Of a stretch of 64,000 nucleotides of DNA, positions 56,503 to 64,000 are shown one piece after another. Positions within the stretch are counted from its first letter, which is position 1. Every line of letters starts with the position of its first letter. The position numbers and the translations under genes were made by a program. A model generated the notes under the pieces. That model ran no database searches. It had not been told where the DNA came from and was given only the letters and a program-made list of their open reading frames with translations. Source of the DNA: a virus; UHGV virus genome UHGV-0390448, one strand, 5' to 3'.

Positions 56503-57888
56503 TCAGGTTTCCAGCCCAAAATCGCTTTGTTCTGTTTTGGCTTCGAACATCGTGAAGTTAAGCCCTTTCCCCTCTCCATGTTCCAGTTCAATCTCATTAG
56601 AAACAGCGGTCAAAATACTACGTAGATCGACATCTCCACCGCCGAACATATCGCCCAACGCCTGCTGTTTATGAATCAGTTCGTCGTTGATTTTTTGTGC
56701 CATTTTTTTGAATGCAGCCCCCATGCGCTTCGCGCTTCGATTATTTGCCACGATGAATAGCGCCAACGCCTCAGCTTCCGGCGTGCTATCACCGAAGAGT
56801 CCGCGCTGGGCTATCACCTCTTCCACCGCCTGACCGTTATCTTTGGCTTCACGAACAAGGTTAATCGCATCCTGGAGTGCTGCTATAGCCTGTTTATCCA
56901 GGCCGTTCACCTGCTCTATACCATCAACCAGACCAGTTACAGCATCATGATGTGCATCGCCAGAAATCGACTGCATTTGCGCAAAGTCACTGGCTGCTGT
57001 ATTAAGCGCGGTCAGGATATTGCGCATTTCCGGATCCGGTTCTTCCGCCACAAGCCGAACAAGTCGCTCATCCTTATAGGCTTTGGCAAAAATCGCATTC
57101 TGAATGCGATCGATAAGCTGTTTCGTTGGACGTCCATCGGCTGTAAGCAAACCTGCCGTCGCGGTATCGCCTATTTCGTGCAAAAACGCACGAATAAACG
57201 CATCATTGGACCGCGCCAGTAGATTGCCATCATCTGAAGGATTAAATAGCGCCATGACGCTCTCAGTGAGAAATTGCGCATCCGCATACGCTTTCTCACT
57301 TGCAGCCATCTCTTGCAGATCGCTGATGTTTGAGTCGCGTGCAAATTGAGCACGATCAACGTCAGTGAGGCGCTCGCGAACCAGTACAGGCATCACCATT
57401 GCCCTGACGTCTTCGGGATTAAGGCCAAACTCTTTAGCGTGATCGATAAGATATTGTCGGTAATCTTCAGCCTGCCCTTGTTCATAAGCACGCCAGATTC
57501 CCATGCTTCGACCATTACCAGACTCAACGACATTATCCGGACCAACAATCGGGGAACCATGACTACTCATACCCGAATCAGTGAGTTGTGCCGGGCGTAA
57601 ATTGGCGGCGATACGGTTAACCTGGAGCTTACTTGACAGTCGGGTGCGATCGCGAGGCTGGAGTTCCTCCGGAAATGACGGATTTATACTTCCGTCCAGG
57701 TTGTTAGAAATGATGAGCTTTTTGGCATCAATAACCTTGAACGCTGTTTTAACTTCGTCGCCTTTGCTGGTGACGACATAGCTGCTACGCCCCAACTTCG
57801 TCTCTTGCTTTTCAAGAGATGACACCACAGCGATAACCCCCTCAATGTTCGCTGCGGCTAGAAGTGCTGATGTTACGTTTTGAGTCAC
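56503..57888 (-). CDS. Hypothetical virion-associated protein (possibly Dar/Ddr-like by context)
   Basis: 461 aa; last gene of the minus-strand block that starts at the tail fibre. Confidence 0.5.
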   Translation of the reverse strand: MTQNVTSALLAAANIEGVIAVVSSLEKQETKLGRSSYVVTSKGDEVKTAFKVIDAKKLIISNNLDGSINPSFPEELQPRDRTRLSSKLQVNRIAANLRPAQLTDSGMSSHGSPIVGPDNVVESGNGRSMGIWRAYEQGQAEDYRQYLIDHAKEFGLNPEDVRAMVMPVLVRERLTDVDRAQFARDSNISDLQEMAASEKAYADAQFLTESVMALFNPSDDGNLLARSNDAFIRAFLHEIGDTATAGLLTADGRPTKQLIDRIQNAIFAKAYKDERLVRLVAEEPDPEMRNILTALNTAASDFAQMQSISGDAHHDAVTGLVDGIEQVNGLDKQAIAALQDAINLVREAKDNGQAVEEVIAQRGLFGDSTPEAEALALFIVANNRSAKRMGAAFKKMAQKINDELIHKQQALGDMFGGGDVDLRSILTAVSNEIELEHGEGKGLNFTMFEAKTEQSDFGLET

Positions 57889-57979
57889 AATTAACCACCT
57901 TTCTGTAAAAAAGGCAGTGTAAAAAGTGTGTTATTTCGCTGACTATTTTAAGAAGAAAGGGGCATTCTGCCCCTCTCTT

Positions 57980-58351
57980 TTACGCTGCATACCCGTTAGC
58001 TGAAACCCAGTTTACGGTCTGTTCTTTGGCCTGGTCGAGTGTCAAAAATTCACCAATATATTGAGATATGCCTCTCAAAGCATCGATGAACTCCATTTGT
58101 GATGATTTAGTAAATGCACCACTAAGGAAGTCAACAACAATTTTAGGCGTTTCTTGTGCCGCCGGTTGCACTTCCTCTTCTTGCTGTTGCGCTGGATTAT
58201 TCGATGAACCAAGCCCCAGCTTCATCATCACTTCAACTATCCGCACGCCAATAGTGACACGTTGTACCGCAGTCGCGCTTTTTTGCGCTGACATCAGCTC
58301 AGACAGTTCTTTGCCTAAGCTAAGGCGCTCCGTTACTGATATTTTCACCAC
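57980..58351 (-). CDS. Hypothetical protein
   Basis: 123 aa; overlaps upstream gene by 7 nt. Confidence 0.45.
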   Translation of the reverse strand: MVKISVTERLSLGKELSELMSAQKSATAVQRVTIGVRIVEVMMKLGLGSSNNPAQQQEEEVQPAAQETPKIVVDFLSGAFTKSSQMEFIDALRGISQYIGEFLTLDQAKEQTVNWVSANGYAA

Positions 58352-60303
58352 ACGCCCCCTTGTTGTATCTCTGCCAAAATGTTGATCAGGTGATCGGCTG
58401 CCGCACCAACAAGTGACTCGTTCTCATCATATCGACCTGCGTTGATAAGAACATTAGCTGCCTCCTGAATGCGATCAAACTCCGCTCTAATCACCGTCAA
58501 ATCACGGGACGTAAACTGCAACGGCACGGATTTCAGATATTCCAGCGCACTGTCCGCCTCCTGATCAGCCTCACTAACGACTGGCCCATCTGAACCTGTA
58601 TCAGATTCTTGGGGGGATTCAGGTTCAGACTCAGGTACTGGTACTGGTTCTGGTACTGCTTCCGGTGCCTGATCTAATGTCTGTTCAGCTTCGACTACTT
58701 CTGATTGATTCTGAAGCGCGTCATAGATATCCATTATAAAAAGGTTCTCCCCATCTCCAAGTGGATAAGCGACGTTAGGAAATGCTTTGCGGAAGAGGAT
58801 TTTTATCTGCGCCTTAAAGGTTTTCAAGTCGCTTCCAAACAGATCAACATAGCCATCAATATGGTTCGACATACTGGACGCAACCAATTCGCCTGCAATC
58901 TCTTTCAATTCATCGTCACCAGGGAGATATAGCAACTCGTACTGACTGACTTCTTCGTCTGTCAGTTTGCGGTCATACGTAATGATTCCGTGACGAGCAT
59001 ATTCGTAATACGGATCAGCCTGATCAGGACGGTCAAGTACAGCTTTATTTCCTTCAGGAACCGCACCAACACCCGCCGGGCGAGATTGGAGCGCATAGCG
59101 ATATTTACCAACCTCCAGGGGATCAGGATGTGATTCTGGTTGTGGCTCCTGTTCAGGCTGCGGCTGATCAGTTGGCTCAGGCTGGCCCGGCAACACATCC
59201 ACTTTGTATTGATCAGCATTATGTTCACGATAGGCTTTAAGTAATTTGGTTGCAGCGTCCGCTGAACTCCCACCTTTAACAGCACTGACATCAATACTGA
59301 AATTGCCTTCTGGTGCCTCAATCGTGACAAAGCTATCACTGCCTGACGTGACATACTTAACTACAGCACCATTATCCAGCGTTGTTTGGCCTTCTGTAGC
59401 AAGATTATGTTTTATGTGTCGCAGTTGATCATTGAAGGCACGCTCTTTAGTTCCTTGGCTCTTAGCTGACAATAAATTATCGCGTTTAGCCTGCAATTCC
59501 GCGTTAAGGGCTTTTTGTGCGTCTAATTTATTCTGCATATCATTGAGTGTTGAGCGTTTCTCTGCCAGCCTCCGCTGTGCGTCTTCAACCTGCTCAATCA
59601 GCACAGAACGTTCTTCTGCCAGCTTGTCGGCTTCATTGAGATACCCCTCAATATCAGCCTTCATTTTGTCCTGGCGCTCCTTTGCTTTTTTGAATTTTGC
59701 ACTATTACGCTCAATGAGGTTAGAAAGCGCCTGGCATACCTGGCTCAGAGATACATCACGCCCACCGATTGGCGCAACAACATGCGTAACGTTTCTTTTG
59801 TTAAGAAGAAACTGAAACGCAACCAGCTCGTCATCCCCTTTAATTCTTGTGCCGTCTGCGGTTGGAGAATGGAAAATTATGCTTGTCGTTTGCCCATCGG
59901 TTAGAGGTATTTGTGCTGTTACAACAGGGATATTTGCAACCCGGCGCACGCGCCCAATGATTGCCCCACCGATACTATTACGTCCGTCTTCATATTCACC
60001 TGCCTCATCCGTACCCGCAGCAATGTCAGTGCCATTCAGGCCGCGATTAAGCGCCCGGACGAATGCTCGCATTGTTTGCGCTAACCGCAATTTTGTTGTG
60101 GTTATAGCTTCGAACATTGCCTCATTGGTAGTTACCAAAATTTCGTTGCCCATATAGGCCAGCTCGATATCCTCCAGAGTCGCAGGCTCGATAAGTAAAT
60201 CATCCTCGGTGATATCTTCCGCCACCCAACGATTAGGCGTATATCCAGTGAGCGTATCTGCAAAAGTGGACTGGATATTTATTCGAATAGGTTTCTTTAT
60301 CAT
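58345..60303 (-). CDS. Large hypothetical virion protein, DarA-like by size and context; unverified
   Basis: 652 aa (P1 DarA is about 640 aa); lies downstream of the holin-like pair; coiled-coil and Pro/Glu-rich linkers. Confidence 0.5.
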   Translation of the reverse strand: MIKKPIRINIQSTFADTLTGYTPNRWVAEDITEDDLLIEPATLEDIELAYMGNEILVTTNEAMFEAITTTKLRLAQTMRAFVRALNRGLNGTDIAAGTDEAGEYEDGRNSIGGAIIGRVRRVANIPVVTAQIPLTDGQTTSIIFHSPTADGTRIKGDDELVAFQFLLNKRNVTHVVAPIGGRDVSLSQVCQALSNLIERNSAKFKKAKERQDKMKADIEGYLNEADKLAEERSVLIEQVEDAQRRLAEKRSTLNDMQNKLDAQKALNAELQAKRDNLLSAKSQGTKERAFNDQLRHIKHNLATEGQTTLDNGAVVKYVTSGSDSFVTIEAPEGNFSIDVSAVKGGSSADAATKLLKAYREHNADQYKVDVLPGQPEPTDQPQPEQEPQPESHPDPLEVGKYRYALQSRPAGVGAVPEGNKAVLDRPDQADPYYEYARHGIITYDRKLTDEEVSQYELLYLPGDDELKEIAGELVASSMSNHIDGYVDLFGSDLKTFKAQIKILFRKAFPNVAYPLGDGENLFIMDIYDALQNQSEVVEAEQTLDQAPEAVPEPVPVPESEPESPQESDTGSDGPVVSEADQEADSALEYLKSVPLQFTSRDLTVIRAEFDRIQEAANVLINAGRYDENESLVGAAADHLINILAEIQQGGVW

Positions 60304-60941
60304 GCATCTTCCTCCAGGCGCGCTATTTCTTCTTTCAATACGCGAGTTTTCGCCAGTTCCTGCGCCATCTCGGTTCTAATGATTTCAGTTTCTCTTGTTG
60401 CGCGGTCTGAATTACCTTGCACCTGATTTAATTTTTCTTTGGCCCTTTCAATATCCTCGCGGATCGCATCGCGAGATTCCTTTGCCTCTGCTAGTTTCTG
60501 CGCATTGGACTTAACGCCTTTTATTTTCTTATTCCCATCATCAATATCTTTCGCCGCACGAGCTAACTTACGCGCCAATGATTTCTGAAATGATGATGCG
60601 CCTTTATTAAATAAAGCAGCCAGTGATTGCCCTAAAGCCGTCAGCGTTTTAACAGGCTTGAAAGGAACAATTTTTCCGTTCAGTTTTACACCAGAAATAT
60701 CACCAGTATCATTAACCTGAACGTCCATCGTCTGCTCATCGATTCCGATAAGGGTAAACGTGCGCGTCATGATCCCGTCTTTCTTCCTGCCATTACTGGC
60801 GGGGATCACCCTCGCTATCTTGTAGCCTCCTTTACCGATTTCTTTGACGAGTTTTGCCAGCCCCTTTTCGTTTAACTCATCATAATTAAGAAGAACATAA
60901 TTAGACTTATTTGACATTCCAGTCTCCTTCACACTTTTCAA
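60300..60941 (-). CDS. Hypothetical protein with coiled-coil C-terminus
   Basis: 213 aa. Confidence 0.5.
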   Translation of the reverse strand: MKSVKETGMSNKSNYVLLNYDELNEKGLAKLVKEIGKGGYKIARVIPASNGRKKDGIMTRTFTLIGIDEQTMDVQVNDTGDISGVKLNGKIVPFKPVKTLTALGQSLAALFNKGASSFQKSLARKLARAAKDIDDGNKKIKGVKSNAQKLAEAKESRDAIREDIERAKEKLNQVQGNSDRATRETEIIRTEMAQELAKTRVLKEEIARLEEDA

Positions 60942-61353
60942 TCATAAACTGGCGTTCTATGCAGTCATTGATAGGGAAAATGCGATAAAGCGGATTCAGG
61001 CGGCAATTACCGTTAGTCAATGTGACCTTAAGATCCCACTTCGCTGGCTCAAGATATTTCGTGTCGATGAGCAAATATTCTTCTCTCTCACCACGTTTTG
61101 ATGCGTCAACTGGTCTTGTTTTCCCCGAAATAACCACAGATGGATTTTTCAAGTCCTGCAACCAATATTCGATTTGTGCATTGCTTACCCAGCTTCGCTT
61201 AACGCGAAGCGACACAGGAAACGCTATAGCAGACTCTTTCACTACAGCTTCGCCAATGCTCAAAATATCAACACTTTTGCGACGAAATAAGAAACGGTCA
61301 ATAACGGCAACAAATGCCATGATAAAAATGAAATAATTTCCAAAGTCACCCAT
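60907..61353 (-). CDS. Membrane-anchored protein, LydB-like antiholin candidate
   Basis: N-terminal TM YFIFIMAFVAVI; 148 aa, immediately after the holin-like gene. Confidence 0.35.
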   Translation of the reverse strand: MGDFGNYFIFIMAFVAVIDRFLFRRKSVDILSIGEAVVKESAIAFPVSLRVKRSWVSNAQIEYWLQDLKNPSVVISGKTRPVDASKRGEREEYLLIDTKYLEPAKWDLKVTLTNGNCRLNPLYRIFPINDCIERQFMIEKCEGDWNVK

Positions 61354-61679
61354 TACTTCTCTCCACCTTTTCCCCCACTCGCTATTACGCTCAAGAGATT
61401 CAAGACGTTACTAGCTCTGGACTTCAAGCCCTGTAAAATTTCACTTCCGTTGTTACTGGCAATCAGAACAACGCAGTAAATGATGCCTTCCGGCCATTCA
61501 TAGCTATCAGCCACCCAAAACCCCGCAAGCCCGGCAGTTACCGCAGTAAACAATTCACTCGCGAGGTTGAGCAGTGACGCAGAAATGCGCCCGTCTCTAA
61601 CTCCGAGAAGGAATACGCCGGTTCCACTCAGCAGGGATGTTATGACTGCTACAGCCAGATTTTCATAATCTGCAAACAT
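61353..61679 (-). CDS. Putative holin (LydA-like)
   Basis: 108 aa with three hydrophobic segments and a charged C-terminus. Confidence 0.45.
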   Translation of the reverse strand: MFADYENLAVAVITSLLSGTGVFLLGVRDGRISASLLNLASELFTAVTAGLAGFWVADSYEWPEGIIYCVVLIASNNGSEILQGLKSRASNVLNLLSVIASGGKGGEK

Positions 61680-61761
61680 ACCCCTCCAGAAATGACGTTT
61701 AACGCGGCTTCAACTTATCCAGTTTGTTATTTCCCGACTAAATGCCATTCACACAAAATGG

Positions 61762-62010
61762 ATGCATATGATGGCCCGGTGGTCCGTAAACCTCGTCACT
61801 CAGAGCGTGGAGGATGCCAAACTCGCGTATCAACAAAATGGTCCAAACACGGCTTTAAAGAGAAATACGCTTGAATGCGCAAGATGTGAGCTGATTCTTG
61901 AGGACAAAATGATGACATGTGAGTCTTCACAAGCGTCATTCAGTGAATATAATGCCCCCCTCTCAGATACTACTAACTGGGTGTTCATTATGCCCGCCGT
62001 CATTGACTAG
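61762..62010 (+). CDS. Hypothetical small protein
   Basis: ORF whose stop lies in the loop of a strong plus-strand terminator; start uncertain. Confidence 0.35.
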   Translation: MHMMARWSVNLVTQSVEDAKLAYQQNGPNTALKRNTLECARCELILEDKMMTCESSQASFSEYNAPLSDTTNWVFIMPAVID

Positions 62011-62026
62011 ACGGCGGGCTTTTTTT
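61992..62026 (+). terminator. Rho-independent terminator
   Basis: gcccgccgt-(10-nt loop)-acggcgggc followed by ttttttt. Confidence 0.55.
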
Positions 62027-62141
62027 GTGTCGAAGGACAGCATTGCTCAAAAAAATCACAAAACTGCACGCTAATGAAGCCCTCAACAAAAGAGGGCTTG
62101 AAATATCAAAAAAACAGTGCTGATTGGATTGTTATGATTGT

Positions 62142-62564
62142 TTATGCAGGCATCTCAGGCCATGAGATATCTGCATCAACAGAAGTGTCAACTCTATTAA
62201 GAAGAACTCTATACCTCTTTAACTTTGTCAACATTTCTATTTCCTCATCAGTGGCAATATCCATATCAACAGCATCCTGAAGCGTTGATATTTTTATGCT
62301 CACATCATTAATAAGACTACTTTTGGTGTTTTCAGCAATGCTGACTCTATCCTCTAAGCTCATAGGTTGTGGGTCAGATAACATTGGATAACCATCGCCA
62401 TTTGCAATTATTATTTTCCCATTGCCATACCCTGATAACAATTCATCATATAAGTCATCAGGTATATGTACAGCATCGGACGGCCATGAACCGTTTTTAT
62501 CGTAATCTTCTTTTAGTCTATCGTCGTAGAAACCACCAGTATCTTTGCTGTAATACTTTGCCAT
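62142..62564 (-). CDS. Tail fibre assembly chaperone (Tfa)
   Basis: C-terminal LKRYRVLLNRVDTSVDADISWPEMP matches the conserved Tfa C-terminus; directly downstream of the tail fibre gene. Confidence 0.7.
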   Translation of the reverse strand: MAKYYSKDTGGFYDDRLKEDYDKNGSWPSDAVHIPDDLYDELLSGYGNGKIIIANGDGYPMLSDPQPMSLEDRVSIAENTKSSLINDVSIKISTLQDAVDMDIATDEEIEMLTKLKRYRVLLNRVDTSVDADISWPEMPA

Positions 62565-62595
62565 TTAAAAACCTTCATTCTAATTAACTATATTT

Positions 62596-64000
62596 TTAAT
62601 ACCCATAAGCAACATACTGTGCATATACTTTATCAGTGGAGCTACTTTTTACTGTAAAACCAGTGGCTGAGTTGTTGTATGTATAAAGAATTGCATTAAC
62701 AGCATTCCCGCTATTAGGTGAAATCACAACTACCGCACACGCCTCAGGAAAAGCAGTCGGAAATTTAACTACGCTTCCTGGAGTAACAGCCGCTATAATC
62801 CCCCACTGCATCATCACCTTAGTTGATGTATCCTTATGCCATCCATGAATGTTAGCATATGCAGTGTTTTTAGCCTGATATTTTGTGTTGAAATTACTAT
62901 AGTTACCAGGGGTAATCTGACCAACGGCAGATAAATTCCCCATAACCCTTACATGACCATCAGCACGTCCTAATTCTACGCGACCATCACCGCCATCTAT
63001 CTTTAATGGAGTGTAAACGACATCACCATTAACATTTTGCCCAGTGGTTGATATCTGGAAACTATATCCAGTATTAGTTATTAGGAATCCATAGTTATTA
63101 TTATAAGTTAGGCGTATAGCATTTTGGCTGCTGGATATAATTTCACCGGTAACAGTACCACCTGTTGTTGGTAACGCACCAACATGACTTGCCGTTAATG
63201 TGATATCTGCAGAACCATCAAAAGCCACGCCACTTATTTTTCTGGCAGTTTTTAACTTTGTAGCTGTAGCTGCATTGCCACTTGTATTTTGATTCCCGGC
63301 AATATTAACGCCCGGAAGATTGATGTTTGCTGAACCATCAAACGAAACCCCGCCTATTGTGCGTGCTGTTTGCAGTTTTGTGGCAGTTGCAGCATTACCG
63401 GTAGTGCTCTGATTGCCTGTTTTATTCACGCCCGGCAGGTCGATGTTTGCGGTGCCATTAAATGAAACACCACCAATAGTTCTTGCCGTTTGTAATTTCG
63501 TTGCAGACGCCGCGTTTCCGGTTGTGTTCTGGTTGCCCGTGGTATTTACACCAGGGATGGAATCTTTCGATGTGTAGACCTGCGCCCACTCAGACCAACT
63601 AGCTGTATCAGTATCTCGTCGCGAACGTACATGTACAGGCGCATGAGCACCACTTGTACCGCTCCAACCTATGAACAACTCGCCTTCACCAGCGGCTGTT
63701 GCGCCCTTAAGATGAAGCACATTCCCGTAAGCAGAAGGATAGCCGTTGTTGTACGCCTCATACATCTGCAATCCAGTGGTAGCACCTTGCGTTGTACTGG
63801 TGAGCGCAGTAACACGCCCTCTGGACGTAATTGTTGGTATCGAAATGTTCGCAGAACCATCAAAGTTAACACCGTTGATTGTGCGGGCTGTTTGCAGTTT
63901 TGTAGCGGTTGCAGCATTACCTGTTGTGTTCTGGTTACCAGCAATGTTCACACCCGGCAGGTTGATATTGGCGCTGCCATCAAATGCCACCCCGCCGATT
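62596..64000 (-). CDS. Tail fibre protein, 5'-truncated at window end, with tandem peptide repeats
   Basis: At least six copies of a roughly 29-aa unit (PGVNxxGNQxTTGNAATATKLQTARTIxGVSFDGSANI); reading frame is still open at position 64000. Confidence 0.75.
   Translation of the reverse strand, partial: IGGVAFDGSANINLPGVNIAGNQNTTGNAATATKLQTARTINGVNFDGSANISIPTITSRGRVTALTSTTQGATTGLQMYEAYNNGYPSAYGNVLHLKGATAAGEGELFIGWSGTSGAHAPVHVRSRRDTDTASWSEWAQVYTSKDSIPGVNTTGNQNTTGNAASATKLQTARTIGGVSFNGTANIDLPGVNKTGNQSTTGNAATATKLQTARTIGGVSFDGSANINLPGVNIAGNQNTSGNAATATKLKTARKISGVAFDGSADITLTASHVGALPTTGGTVTGEIISSSQNAIRLTYNNNYGFLITNTGYSFQISTTGQNVNGDVVYTPLKIDGGDGRVELGRADGHVRVMGNLSAVGQITPGNYSNFNTKYQAKNTAYANIHGWHKDTSTKVMMQWGIIAAVTPGSVVKFPTAFPEACAVVVISPNSGNAVNAILYTYNNSATGFTVKSSSTDKVYAQYVAYGY

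Noticed and set aside
1-64000. CRISPR arrays, rRNA genes, insertion sequences or transposases
   Set aside because: No regular short repeat-spacer array, no rRNA-like sequence and no transposase-like ORF were seen; the repeated elements found are operator sites, pac repeats and protein-coding tandem repeats.

Overview
This window reads as a roughly 64-kb stretch of a P1-like temperate phage or phage-plasmid from an enterobacterial host. All family assignments are from reading the six-frame translations against remembered sequences; no database search was run. Coordinates of non-ORF features were counted by hand and may be off by 1-2 nt. P1 hallmark genes are present: a Cre-like recombinase with a 13-8-13 lox-like site 150 bp upstream, humD-phd-doc, pacA/pacB terminase with a GATC-rich pac-like repeat cluster inside pacA, a Ref-like HNH nuclease, and a 2283-aa DarB-like methyltransferase-helicase. 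Gene order is not that of P1 as I recall it. A conserved inverted-repeat motif (GTTAGAA-N14-TTCTAAC) recurs in at least 12 intergenic positions and looks like the operator set of a C1-type immunity repressor; the repressor candidate is the 346-aa gene at the P1 c1 position. A minus-strand cluster of five tRNAs (Ile2/Met-CAU, Ser-like-UGA, Thr-UGU, Tyr-like-GUA, Arg-UCU) plus one tRNA-like fragment is followed by about 1.3 kb with no convincing ORF but many long-range inverted repeats. Accessory content includes four toxin-antitoxin loci (HigBA, a RelE/ParE locus with two HTH partners, Phd/Doc, HicAB), two divergent Ash-Rha immI-like modules (one apparently frameshifted), a degenerate terminase-large-subunit paralog, a ClpX zinc-finger-like small protein, a VRR-NUC nuclease, and several secreted-protein morons. 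The strongest candidates for something undescribed are the operator regulon with its non-P1 repressor, the ORF-free structured region in the tRNA operon, the degenerate terminase paralog, and the single-gene 402-aa unit flanked by operator sites. No CRISPR array, rRNA, or transposase was seen.
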